This document shows positions 48,595-58,032 of a stretch of 64,000 bases of DNA, one piece after another. Origin of the DNA: a bacterium (lineage in GTDB: Bacteria > Patescibacteriota > Minisyncoccia > Phycocordibacterales > SBAW01); contig JBAXFJ010000001.1 in NCBI GenBank assembly GCA_037139975.1, positions 171,017 to 235,016 of the forward strand. Reading direction: 5' to 3'. A program made the translations under genes and the position numbers. Under the pieces are notes generated by a model. The model was given only the letters and a program-made list of their open reading frames with translations, did not search any database and was not told the origin of the DNA. How positions within the stretch are numbered: position 1 is the stretch's first letter; every line of letters begins with the position of its first letter.

Positions 48595-50559
48595 ATGCCT
48601 AATAAAAATAATCAGGGCGCGGGTGGCGGGGGAGGCAAAAAGGGAGGGTCGCGGATGAAGCTGCCCAAGATGCCCCAGAGCAACTCGTTTTTTGTGAACC
48701 TCTTCACGACCGTGTTTGTTTTGATGCTTTTGGCAGGTGCGTACACGTACCTTGCGACCGATCAAGCAAAAACGCCTGTTGACATCGCTTTCTCGCAGCT
48801 TGAGGCAGACGTTCAGGCGGGCAAAGTCTCGGCTATCACCGTCGACGGCGACAATTTGGCTGTTACCTATAACGACGCGATAAAGACCGAAAAGACATCT
48901 AAAAAAGAACCCGACTCCTCGCTTTCGCAGAGCCTCACCAACTATGGCGTTCCCAAAGACGCGCTCGACAAGGTGCAGATCAACATCAAGCGTCAGTCGA
49001 GTTGGCAGTTTTGGCTTTCGGCCTTGGCGCCATTTCTTGCGCCGCTTTTGCTTATTGCATTTTTTGTGTGGTATCTGTCGCGTCAGGTAAAGGGCGCGGG
49101 GATGCAGGCTTTTTCTTTTGGGCAGAGCAACCCGCGCGTGACTGACCCCAACGACGGTGCTCAAAAAGTCACGTTTAAAGACGTGGCAGGCGCCAAAGAG
49201 GCAAAACAAGAATTGCTTGAAATCGTTGACTTTCTCAAAAATCCAAAGAAGTTTCTCGACATCGGCGCGCGCATTCCCAAAGGTATTTTGCTGATGGGTT
49301 CGCCCGGCACCGGCAAGACACTGCTCGCGCGTGCGGTTGCGGGTGAGGCGGGTGTGCCGTTCTTCTCAATTTCAGGTTCGGAGTTTGTTGAGATGTTTGT
49401 GGGCGTGGGCGCTTCCCGCGTGCGCGACCTCTTTCATACTGCAAAACACGCTGCACCAGCCATCATCTTCCTTGATGAAATCGACGCGGTGGGCCGCGTG
49501 CGCGGCACGGGCGTGGGTGGCGGCAACGATGAACGCGAACAGACCCTCAACCAAATTTTGGTCGAGATGGACGGCTTTGAACCAAACGAAAAGGTGATCG
49601 TCATGGCCGCGACCAATCGCGCCGACGTGCTCGACCCGGCCTTGGTGCGTCCTGGGCGTTTTGACCGCCGCGTGGTCATCGACCTGCCCGATCGCTCCGA
49701 CCGCTTCGATATCCTCAACATTCACGCGCGCAAAAAGCCACTTGCTGAAGACGTCAACCTTAATGTGGTTGCCGAGCGCACGCCGGGCTTCTCGGGTGCC
49801 GACCTGGCAAACCTCATGAACGAAGCGGCCATTTTGGCAGCGCGCGAAAACCGCAAGACCGTCGCGCAATACGACCTCATCCGTTCAATTGAAAAGGTGA
49901 TGCTCGGTCCCGAGCGTAAGTCGCACGTGTTGAACGAAAAAGAAAAAGAAATCACTGCCTACCACGAAGCTGGCCACGCGATTGTTGCAAGTCTGTTACC
50001 CCACGCCGACCCAGTGCACAAGATCTCAGTCATCTCACGAGGTCGCGCTGCGGGCTATACGCTCAAACTCCCGTTTGAAGACAAGCGCATGCAAAGCAAA
50101 AAAGAATTCCTCGACGACATTGCCATGTCGCTGGGCGGCTACGTTGCTGAAAAGCAGGTCTTTGGCGACGTCACCACTGGTCCCAGCAATGACCTGCAGG
50201 TCTTGACCGCGCTCGCGCGCGACATGGTCACCCGCTATGGCATGTCCGACAAAATGGGCACCATTGCCTTGGTGGGCGACGGTGGTCGCGCGATGTTTGG
50301 CTCCGGTGTCGAGGGCGGCTACTCTGAAAAGATCTCGGGCGAGATAGACGGTGAGGTCAAAAAAATTATTGACGGTGCCTACAAAAAAGCAGAAGACATC
50401 ATCACTACGCACCGCAAGTTACTCGACGCAATTGCGCATCGCCTTGTGGAGGTTGAGACCCTCGAGCGCGAAGAGTTCGAAAGCATCCTCGTTGCGCACG
50501 GCGTCACCCCCAAAAAGAAACAAGAAATTAAAGTTGAACCGGTTGTGGTGAATTTTTAG
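48595..50559 (+). CDS. ftsH: ATP-dependent zinc metalloprotease FtsH
   Basis: [20 protein letters not shown]. Confidence 0.99.
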   Translation: MPNKNNQGAGGGGGKKGGSRMKLPKMPQSNSFFVNLFTTVFVLMLLAGAYTYLATDQAKTPVDIAFSQLEADVQAGKVSAITVDGDNLAVTYNDAIKTEKTSKKEPDSSLSQSLTNYGVPKDALDKVQINIKRQSSWQFWLSALAPFLAPLLLIAFFVWYLSRQVKGAGMQAFSFGQSNPRVTDPNDGAQKVTFKDVAGAKEAKQELLEIVDFLKNPKKFLDIGARIPKGILLMGSPGTGKTLLARAVAGEAGVPFFSISGSEFVEMFVGVGASRVRDLFHTAKHAAPAIIFLDEIDAVGRVRGTGVGGGNDEREQTLNQILVEMDGFEPNEKVIVMAATNRADVLDPALVRPGRFDRRVVIDLPDRSDRFDILNIHARKKPLAEDVNLNVVAERTPGFSGADLANLMNEAAILAARENRKTVAQYDLIRSIEKVMLGPERKSHVLNEKEKEITAYHEAGHAIVASLLPHADPVHKISVISRGRAAGYTLKLPFEDKRMQSKKEFLDDIAMSLGGYVAEKQVFGDVTTGPSNDLQVLTALARDMVTRYGMSDKMGTIALVGDGGRAMFGSGVEGGYSEKISGEIDGEVKKIIDGAYKKAEDIITTHRKLLDAIAHRLVEVETLEREEFESILVAHGVTPKKKQEIKVEPVVVNF

Positions 50560-50651
50560 CGCCTGGTCTTAAGATATAAAAAAAGAAAACCCCCGACTAA
50601 TGATAGCTGGGGGAGTTGTTGGGTTACACAGTGCGGGGTTAAAAAGAGCTA

Positions 50652-51782
50652 TTACCGCTGCAGTTTCCAGCGGATTTCTTCACCAAGCATGAAGGGGTGG
50701 ATAGTTGGGCTTTCCCCGTCGTCGGTGATGAACATACTCTCTACCCTCCATGCCCTGCGTACGAGTCCGATAGTTTGTTTGCTTGGTTTAACGTTAAAGA
50801 AGTTGGGGCCGTTGATCGAGGCAAACCGCTCAAAGCGATCGTCAAGTGCCCCCATATCTTCAAATGCTTGTGCGTAGAGCTCGATGCCCGCGTGCGCGGT
50901 GAGTACGCCACCTGAACAGCAATCGGTCTCCTTTTTGCTGATAGGGTGTGGTGCCGAGTCGCTTCCAAGCCATACAAAGTCGTGGTTCCCTGCTGCGAGC
51001 TCACGGATTGCTTGCCTATCTTCTTTTTTCTGAATGATAGGCCACCAAAACGTGTGTGGCCGAAGACCTCCGCGGTGTACATCGCGGCGGTCGAGCAAGA
51101 GGTGTTGTGCGGTGATACTGCAACCGAGTGTTGGTCCTCCATGCTCTCGCATGTAGTTCACGCCGGACATGGTCGAAAGGTGCTCAACCGAAATTTTGAG
51201 ATCTGGATGAGCTTCTCGTATACGCGGGAGTGTGTTGCGAATGAAGTGGGGCTCTTGATGATAGGGATCCAGCTCTTCCCCTGGCATATAGGTCGACCCA
51301 TCAACCATCGCATGTTCTCGGGCGAACCCGTCGGCGGCGTGGAGCATAAGCACCTTCCCCTTGTCTGCGCACGCACGCAAAACACTATGTGGTCCGGTGT
51401 TTTTGGTCCATAACGATGCAGGATTCTGCACGCCGCTGTCGCTGTTGGTGGTGAGCCCGCGCGGATAATATTTCACTCCACGAATGAGCTCAGTAACCGA
51501 ACGCGGGTTGAGTTTGTCAGTGAGGTAGAGCGTCATGAGTGGTTCAAACTCCCACGTATAGCAACGTGTAGTCTTCAGGATTTCATCCCGGTATGTACGT
51601 GCCATCCTTGCTGTTGTGATAGGCGGATTTGTGTTGGGCATAATGATTGCCATAGCGAAACGCTTGGCGGTCATGGGTGCTACCAACTGGAGCATCGAGC
51701 CGCGCCGAACGTGCGTGTGCATATCGGCAGGCCTGCGCATTGTGATGGAGATTATACTTTGAGTATCTCTGGTGATTTCCAC
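50652..51782 (-). CDS. pyrC: Dihydroorotase (E. coli-like type)
   Basis: DMHTHVR, MPNT.PP, KYYP, EHLST, GSDSAPH; AGGAG RBS. Confidence 0.93.
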   Translation of the reverse strand: MEITRDTQSIISITMRRPADMHTHVRRGSMLQLVAPMTAKRFAMAIIMPNTNPPITTARMARTYRDEILKTTRCYTWEFEPLMTLYLTDKLNPRSVTELIRGVKYYPRGLTTNSDSGVQNPASLWTKNTGPHSVLRACADKGKVLMLHAADGFAREHAMVDGSTYMPGEELDPYHQEPHFIRNTLPRIREAHPDLKISVEHLSTMSGVNYMREHGGPTLGCSITAQHLLLDRRDVHRGGLRPHTFWWPIIQKKEDRQAIRELAAGNHDFVWLGSDSAPHPISKKETDCCSGGVLTAHAGIELYAQAFEDMGALDDRFERFASINGPNFFNVKPSKQTIGLVRRAWRVESMFITDDGESPTIHPFMLGEEIRWKLQR

Positions 51783-51874
51783 GTGAGTCTCCTGAGCTGT
51801 TGTGCCTTTCGGCGGGTTTCAGTTGTAGGCGTTGTTAGGCCGTCTTCCACCCCGCACAGTACCAACTTGTATGG

Positions 51875-51911
51875 AAAAAGAAAAGGCCGCATCCCGGGTG
51901 AGGGGAGGCGG
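51875..51911 (-). terminator. Duplicated terminator-like element, copy A (between pyrD and pyrC)
   Basis: 36 of 37 nt identical to 52963-52999; hairpin plus U-run on the minus strand. Confidence 0.8.
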
Positions 51912-51918
51912 TCTGTGG

Positions 51919-52899
51919 TTAGTCGGGCAGGCCGTTCATGACAAGAAAGTTGACGAGTCCGGCCTTGCCTTCGTCTTGATTGCCAAAAAACATAGGCTCA
52001 ACCACGTCTGGATTGTAGCTGTTACGCGTGAGCACCGTGTTGAAGGCAAAGCCGTGTGCGCCGAGCGTAAGGTATTCATAGGCGTCTCTGCCAGATTCGA
52101 TACCGCCCACGGCGATGAGCTTCAGTCCCGTATCTATTATCATCGGCGCGATAGTCAGAATGCCGCCACAGATGAGCGGCCGCAGTCCGCGCCCACTCAA
52201 GCCACCGCGGATCATTGGGATTGCTGGCTTGCCCTGCTTGTTGGTTATGTAGCAGTTTGCCTGCGTGTTCGCATAAACCACATAGTCTATCCCGTAATCG
52301 ATACACGGTTGCACCAACTGTTCGAGCAAGCCTGGGTCGGTAATCGGGGCAATCTTTACTTTCGTTTTCAGGGTGCCGGCACCTTCCTTGAGTGCTGCGA
52401 CTCCTTCACGATAGAGTGGCGGGTCGAAACAGACCACCGACTTGCGCTTCCCACCGGATTCTTGATTGCCGCAGGAAAAGTTCCCTTCGACGCCGTCTGC
52501 GGACTGGGTGATCTGCAAGATGTTCGCCATGTCGCAGTAGTCACGCGGGTTATAGGGGTTGTTCGCGCGACCCGATACGCTGACCCAGAATTGCGAACCT
52601 TTCCCGTTCACCTTTTGACGAAGATCGGACAATCCATCGTCCATATGCGCATCGATTCCTTTGTCGGGGATGCCCAACGCATTGATTGCGTTCCCCGTAA
52701 CTTCGTTGTAGTTGAAGTTGTCGCCCGGGTTTCCATCCCACGGGTGTGGCATGATGGACCCAAAGGTGACGTGTGGCATGCTTGCTTGCGCATACTGCAT
52801 CATCGTTTTGGCATCTTTGCCCGAGCCTGCAGCGTTTCCCCACGGCACCTCTTTCAGTAGATATTCAAGCGCGGTGGCCTCATTCGCAAACGTACGCAT
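51919..52899 (-). CDS. pyrD: Dihydroorotate dehydrogenase (class 1-like)
   Basis: GNAAG, NFSCGN, KIAP, ANT, GGLSG, VGGIESG; AGGAG RBS before ATG 52899. Confidence 0.85.
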   Translation of the reverse strand: MRTFANEATALEYLLKEVPWGNAAGSGKDAKTMMQYAQASMPHVTFGSIMPHPWDGNPGDNFNYNEVTGNAINALGIPDKGIDAHMDDGLSDLRQKVNGKGSQFWVSVSGRANNPYNPRDYCDMANILQITQSADGVEGNFSCGNQESGGKRKSVVCFDPPLYREGVAALKEGAGTLKTKVKIAPITDPGLLEQLVQPCIDYGIDYVVYANTQANCYITNKQGKPAIPMIRGGLSGRGLRPLICGGILTIAPMIIDTGLKLIAVGGIESGRDAYEYLTLGAHGFAFNTVLTRNSYNPDVVEPMFFGNQDEGKAGLVNFLVMNGLPD

Positions 52900-52962
52900 T
52901 AGCACTGCTCCTAGTTTGGTTGTTGCACCTGTCGTCCACACATCAACATATCCTACTTTTTC

Positions 52963-52999
52963 AAAAAGAAAAGGCCGCATCCCGGGTGAGGGGAAGCGG
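52963..52999 (-). terminator. Duplicated terminator-like element, copy B (upstream of pyrD)
   Basis: Direct repeat of 51875-51911. Confidence 0.8.
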
Positions 53000-53016
53000 C
53001 GTGTGAATCGTCTGGT

Positions 53017-53535
53017 TTATGAGGTAGTTGGAATTGTGGGCCTGCAGTACCACAGCAGTGTGGCGCTCCACACAAACCACACCGCATCTTCGTAGTACAC
53101 GCGGCGTCTTGCGTGGTATGGCTCAACAAGCTCCCTGGTAACGCTGCGTCTAGTTACTGTTGCAACCTTGTGCTGCAGCAGGTTTACGGCCGTCGCTTCT
53201 TCTCGTTGGTTGGGCCAATCGAGCACAACGAACCTAAGTCGGGGCGTGAGAAGTGCTCCCACAAGCGCCTCATCAAGGGCTGCTCTTGTGTGTGGGTGGC
53301 GTATGTTTGCAACCACCATGTTTGAGACCCGTAGGTGCCGTCCTGCTGTGGTCATGAATGGTCCTATGTCGATCTCTGTTCCACCCAGGAGGCAATAGAT
53401 GCTTGCACGCACGGGGAACGGGGCTACGCTTCCCACCCTGAGTGCGTCGGCCAGCCTGAAGATGTTGACAGTGTCGTCTTCGTTGAACCACTTTGCGGGT
53501 GGTCCTGTCACGTGCGGCGCGCGTCCGATGAGCAT
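53017..53535 (-). CDS. Hypothetical protein, possibly a degenerate carbamoyltransferase (PyrB-like) N-terminal domain
   Basis: GAGGAG RBS; length and pattern (FNEDDTVNIFRLADALR...LDEAL...FVVLDWP) loosely resemble ATCase; catalytic STRT motif absent. Confidence 0.55.
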   Translation of the reverse strand: MLIGRAPHVTGPPAKWFNEDDTVNIFRLADALRVGSVAPFPVRASIYCLLGGTEIDIGPFMTTAGRHLRVSNMVVANIRHPHTRAALDEALVGALLTPRLRFVVLDWPNQREEATAVNLLQHKVATVTRRSVTRELVEPYHARRRVYYEDAVWFVWSATLLWYCRPTIPTTS

Positions 53536-53631
53536 CAGCGTCTCTCCTCTCTAGTCTCTAGGAAAAAACAGTCTGTATCCACTCAGAGGATATCACAAAA
53601 TATGGATATGTATATGAAGACATGTTTTTTT

Positions 53632-53761
53632 GTGGGCGCTGCTCAGACTCGGTCACGAAAAACTGCGGACCGTCGTCCGCAGTTTTTCTCGACCCCGGCT
53701 CGCGGTCTCGCCTGCTGGCTCGACATCGCTACGCCTTTCTCGTCCTGCCACTGCTACGCAG
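53632..53761 (-). repeat. Small structured element downstream of tRNA-Ile, ending in an imperfect copy of the tRNA 3' end
   Basis: gtgggcgctgctcagactcg resembles gtgggcgcgctaggactcg; internal hairpin aaaactgcggac/gtccgcagtttt. Confidence 0.6.
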
Positions 53762-53834
53762 TGGGCGCGCTAGGACTCGAACCTAGAACCGCCGAGGTAT
53801 AAGCTCGGTGCACTAACCATTGTGCTACGCGCCC
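53762..53834 (-). tRNA. tRNA-Ile(UAU)
   Basis: Full cloverleaf; anticodon arm ccgag CTTATAC ctcgg; CCA not encoded. Confidence 0.93.
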
Positions 53835-53881
53835 AGTGAAGCAAATATATACTACTTACCTTACTACTCAAAGTGTAGTGT

Positions 53882-56173
53882 CTATTCGAAATGTAGAGCC
53901 TGGGCTTGCCTCAGTACTTTTTCTCTCAAGAGAGGGTGGTGGAAAAGCGTTTCGTCTTCAGCAACAAGTTTTTGTGCCTCAACTCGAGCAGCTTCAACGA
54001 GTTTCAAATTTTGCAGTGCGTCCATGCCGATGTCCGAGATGCCCCACTGCTTGGCGCCCACAAGCTGTCCCGCACCGCGCTGCAGTAAATCTTTTTCGGC
54101 CAACTCAAAACCATTTTTAGCAGTGGCAAGCGCTTTGAGGCGCGCGAGTGTGTGCTCGCCGCGGCTTTCAGGGCAGACGAAGCAATAGGCTTGGGTGGAC
54201 GAGCGCACCACGCGGCCGCGCAACTGGTGCAGCTGGGCCAAACCAAAGCGCTCGGCACCTTCGATGAAGATGAGTGTCGCGTTGGGCACGTTGACCCCCA
54301 CCTCGACCACCGAAGTGGCGACCAAAATATCTATCTCGTGTTTTGAAAACTTCGCCATTGTTTCGTCTTTTTCTTTCGGTGTCATCTTGCTGTGCAAAAT
54401 CGCGAAGCGATATTCAGGAAACACTTCTTTTTTAAGGCGCTTGGCTTCGGCGGTGACCGACTTGGCCATAAGGGCGAAGGCTTTGTCGGGGTCGGGCTCG
54501 TCGATGCGCGGACAGATCACATATGCTTGTCGGCCCGCTGTGAGCTCAACGCGGATTTTTTCATATGCACTCGCTCTTTCTTCTGGCTTCACAATTTCAG
54601 TGATAATGCGTTTGCGGCCGGGCGGCATCTCGTCGAGCAGGGTCAGATCAAGGTCGCCATAAACAGTGAGGGCGAGCGTGCGCGGGATAGGTGTGGCAGT
54701 CATCGAAAGCAGGTGAGGGATACGCACCTCTTTCTTTGCGAGTTTTCTGCGCTGGTTTGTGCCAAAGCGGTGTTGCTCGTCGATAATAACGAGCGCCAAG
54801 TGTTTAAACGCGACTGACTTTTCAATTAATGCGTGCGTGCCAATTACGATAGCAATTTCTCCCGAAGCTATCCATTTGAGGAGTTGCACGCGCGAGATGT
54901 TCGTGGGCGTTTGTTGCTTTCCGTCTGAAGTGAATTGCACGGTGGATTTGGAGGGAAATTTGAAACACCCACTGCCGGTGATGAGACCGATGTTGATGGG
55001 GTGGCCGGTGAGGGCGGGGTCGAAATATTTAATGAAAGATTCAAAATGCTGTTTGGCTAAAATTTCAGTCGGCGCCATGTAGGCAACCTGCAGCGTACCA
55101 AAGTCTTGATTCTCGGGGCGCGTTTCAATCACCGCAAAACACGCAGTCGCCGCGACGGCCGTCTTGCCCGAGCCCACATCACCTTCGAGCAAGCGCGACA
55201 TGGGGTTGCCCTCGGCCATGTCTTTGAGAATCGTTTTAATCGCACGCGTCTGGGCCGGCGTTGCGGTAAACGGGAAAGTGCTCACAAAACTATCAACTTG
55301 TTCCTGAGAAACTGACACAATAAAACTTTTTTCTTTTGCTTGCTGCTTTCTCTCTTGCGCCCGCTGCAGCTGTATTAAAAAGATTTCTTCAAACGCGAAT
55401 CGTTTGCGCGCGGCTTCGGCTTCTTTTGCCTTCTCGGGTGTGTGGATCCACACCAGCGCTGTTTTAAGGCTGGGCAAGTTGTATTGTTTGAGTAGCTCAG
55501 CAGGAACTGGGTCCTCAACTTGATCAACAACCCCGCTTGCCAACACTTTTTTAATAGCATGTTGAAACCAGAGGGATGTAACCCCGCGACTCTCGGGGTA
55601 CTGGGCGAATAGCCCTTGAGGAGACACCTCTCTCCGCGAGGAGTCACCTCCAGGGCTCGCAGCGCTCAGGCCGGGAGAAGGCGACTCCTCGGCTTTGAGA
55701 GGTGTCGCCTTAAAGAGGCCTGAATCTAAATCCACAACCGCCCCATCAGGGTTGCCAGCAACGCGCTCGAGTTTTGGGTTGGCTAAATAAAGCTTGCCGG
55801 CTGAACCCGAGACTTTGCCTGTGGCTTTGACCCGTGTGCCGTCGAAGTACATCTTGGCAATGTAGGGTTGGTTGAACCACATCAGCTTCACTCGGCCGCT
55901 TTGGTCGCGCAGATAGCCTTCGCTCATAGGCACACGTGACTTCCAACTTTTCTTTGTTTCCAGCTTTTCAAGCACTCCCACCACTGACGCGTCCTGGCCC
56001 AAGACGAGCCCGCCCACAGCCGCTTCTTGGCCCGCGGCCTCATAGCGAAAAGGGAAGTGTTGCAGTAAGTCCTGCACTGTCTTAATCCCGAGTTTTCCCA
56101 ACGCTGCCTTCTGGGCTTCAACAAATCTGAAATGTTCTGTGAGTTGGTCGTGCAGGTTCATAGAGGCGCGCAT
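53882..56173 (-). CDS. recG: ATP-dependent DNA helicase RecG
   Basis: GDVGSGKT, DEQHRFG, TATPIPRT, QLRGRV. Confidence 0.98.
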   Translation of the reverse strand: MRASMNLHDQLTEHFRFVEAQKAALGKLGIKTVQDLLQHFPFRYEAAGQEAAVGGLVLGQDASVVGVLEKLETKKSWKSRVPMSEGYLRDQSGRVKLMWFNQPYIAKMYFDGTRVKATGKVSGSAGKLYLANPKLERVAGNPDGAVVDLDSGLFKATPLKAEESPSPGLSAASPGGDSSRREVSPQGLFAQYPESRGVTSLWFQHAIKKVLASGVVDQVEDPVPAELLKQYNLPSLKTALVWIHTPEKAKEAEAARKRFAFEEIFLIQLQRAQERKQQAKEKSFIVSVSQEQVDSFVSTFPFTATPAQTRAIKTILKDMAEGNPMSRLLEGDVGSGKTAVAATACFAVIETRPENQDFGTLQVAYMAPTEILAKQHFESFIKYFDPALTGHPINIGLITGSGCFKFPSKSTVQFTSDGKQQTPTNISRVQLLKWIASGEIAIVIGTHALIEKSVAFKHLALVIIDEQHRFGTNQRRKLAKKEVRIPHLLSMTATPIPRTLALTVYGDLDLTLLDEMPPGRKRIITEIVKPEERASAYEKIRVELTAGRQAYVICPRIDEPDPDKAFALMAKSVTAEAKRLKKEVFPEYRFAILHSKMTPKEKDETMAKFSKHEIDILVATSVVEVGVNVPNATLIFIEGAERFGLAQLHQLRGRVVRSSTQAYCFVCPESRGEHTLARLKALATAKNGFELAEKDLLQRGAGQLVGAKQWGISDIGMDALQNLKLVEAARVEAQKLVAEDETLFHHPLLREKVLRQAQALHFE

Positions 56174-56221
56174 GAGTGAAGCATACCAAATATGCGGCCA
56201 ACTCTGATATACTCACGCCAT

Positions 56222-57463
56222 ATGGCACAGAAACATAAAACAGCGCAGGGCGGCGGACAAAGTAAAAATGCACAGCAAGCTATCAGCTTGCACAAAAAGT
56301 TGGGCGGCAAGATCCGCATCTCCCCAAGTACGCCGGTGAGGAATAGGGTAGATTTGGCACTGGTATATACACCGGGTGTGGCGGCTGTTTCAACATTGGT
56401 CGCGGGCACCAAAAAAGCTTTGCGCGCAAAGTCCGAGCAAATAAAATTGGCCAAAGAATATACCATAAAAGGCAAAATGGTCGCGGTTATCTCAGACGGC
56501 TCTGCTGTTTTAGGATTGGGTAATATAGGCCCCTATGGCGCATTGCCGGTAATGGAAGGGAAGTGTGCACTCTTTAAAGCATTTGCACATGTGGATGCAT
56601 TCCCGATTGTTCTCGATATTTCAAACGAAGCAGGTGTGCCACTCACCATAAAAGATGTGGGGTATATCGACCGTGTGGTCGAGACGGTACAGGCCGTTGC
56701 CCCGGCGTTTGGCGGCATAAACCTTGAAGACTTTGCGGCGCCCAATTGTTTTGAAATAGAAGAACGCTTGAAAGCGCTGCTCGACATTCCCGTGATGCAC
56801 GACGACCAGCACGGCACCGCCATCGTGGTGTTGGCGGCGCTCATCAACGCGGCAAAGGTGGTGAAAAAAGACTTGAAGAAATTGAAAGTAGTGGTCGCGG
56901 GCGCGGGCGCGGCGGGCACCGCCGTCACCAAGCTCCTGTTGCTTGCGGGCGTCAAAGACGTGACGGTGCTCGACAGTCAAGGGACCATTAACAAAGATCG
57001 GCTTGACCTCTCGGCACATAAAAAAGAATTGGCTAACAGTACCAACCCTAAAAACTTGCTGGGCAACCTCGCCGATGCGCTGGTGGGGGCCGATGCAATT
57101 ATCGGCGTCTCTGGGCCGGGGCTTATGACGGCAAAGGACGTGCGTCTGATGGCCGACAAAGCAATTGTCTTTGGGCTCGCCAACCCCACACCTGAAATCA
57201 TGCCCGAGGAGGCAGCAAAAGGGGGAGCGGCTGTTATTGCGACGGGCCGCAGCGACTATCCCAATCAAATCAACAATTCACTCGCGTTCCCGGGCATCTT
57301 CCGTGGCGCGCTCGACCACAAAGTCTCCAAAATTACTGACCAAATGAAGCTCAAAGCCGCCAAAAATCTGGCTGCTTTGGTCAAAGTACCCACTGCTGCC
57401 AAAATCATCCCCGGCCCCTTCGACCATGGTGTCATGGAGGCGGTCTCAAGGGCGGTTCGGTAG
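56222..57463 (+). CDS. NAD(P)-dependent malic enzyme
   Basis: YTPGVA, DGSAVLGLG, NLEDF, HDDQHGT, GAGAAG. Confidence 0.96.
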   Translation: MAQKHKTAQGGGQSKNAQQAISLHKKLGGKIRISPSTPVRNRVDLALVYTPGVAAVSTLVAGTKKALRAKSEQIKLAKEYTIKGKMVAVISDGSAVLGLGNIGPYGALPVMEGKCALFKAFAHVDAFPIVLDISNEAGVPLTIKDVGYIDRVVETVQAVAPAFGGINLEDFAAPNCFEIEERLKALLDIPVMHDDQHGTAIVVLAALINAAKVVKKDLKKLKVVVAGAGAAGTAVTKLLLLAGVKDVTVLDSQGTINKDRLDLSAHKKELANSTNPKNLLGNLADALVGADAIIGVSGPGLMTAKDVRLMADKAIVFGLANPTPEIMPEEAAKGGAAVIATGRSDYPNQINNSLAFPGIFRGALDHKVSKITDQMKLKAAKNLAALVKVPTAAKIIPGPFDHGVMEAVSRAVR

Positions 57464-57468
57464 TCTGT

Positions 57469-57491
57469 ATCCTAAGGTTTAACCTTAGGAT
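57469..57491. repeat. Palindromic element, copy 5
   Basis: atcctaaggtttaaccttaggat. Confidence 0.85.
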
Positions 57492-57536
57492 CTGTGGGTG
57501 CTTGATAGCCGTATATATCTGGTATATACTGTGGGT

Positions 57537-57782
57537 ATGAACGTAAAAGTTATATTCAACACGAATAAAAAGTTAAAAGAAGCGGCGATGAAAAAAGCAC
57601 GCAAAGAAGGACTGACCTATTCTGCTGTGCTTAATATTGCCACTGAGGCATATGTTGGCGATCGTCTGAAGATAACCGCACTCGAACAACATCTCGAAAA
57701 GGCTCGTGAAGAAATTCGCCAAGGGCGTTACTATACTCACGAGCAGGTGATGCGCAAATTAGGTTTGAGTAGCAAGAAATGA
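57537..57782 (+). CDS. Antitoxin (RelB-like)
   Basis: RHH-like N-terminus, EEIRQGRYYTHEQV C-terminus, ATGA overlap with the toxin gene. Confidence 0.82.
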   Translation: MNVKVIFNTNKKLKEAAMKKARKEGLTYSAVLNIATEAYVGDRLKITALEQHLEKAREEIRQGRYYTHEQVMRKLGLSSKK

Positions 57783-58030
57783 AAATTCATTATGCTGCTT
57801 CAGCGTTGGAGCAACTTCAAGAATTGCCTGTCATCACGCAAGAAAGGATTCTTGCAAAAATATTTTGGTTTTCTGAGCAAAGGGATCCACTTGTTTATGC
57901 GAAGCGTCTTTCTGGAACACAGTCATACCGTTTTCGTGTTGGGACGTACCGAATACTATTTGATATAGTCGAAAATACTTTGTGGGTTCTCAAAATTCTT
58001 CCTCGTGACAAAGCATACCGGGATTTGTAG
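57779..58030 (+). CDS. RelE/ParE-family toxin
   Basis: YRFRVGTYRILF, RDKAY. Confidence 0.9.
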   Translation: MKIHYAASALEQLQELPVITQERILAKIFWFSEQRDPLVYAKRLSGTQSYRFRVGTYRILFDIVENTLWVLKILPRDKAYRDL

Positions 58031-58032
58031 TT

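Noticed and set aside
51832-52860. 342-aa plus-strand ORF
   Set aside because: Antisense shadow of pyrD with no motifs
56417-56432. Palindrome gctttgcgcgcaaagt in the malic enzyme gene as another in-frame insertion
   Set aside because: Short enough to be chance; needs an ortholog alignment
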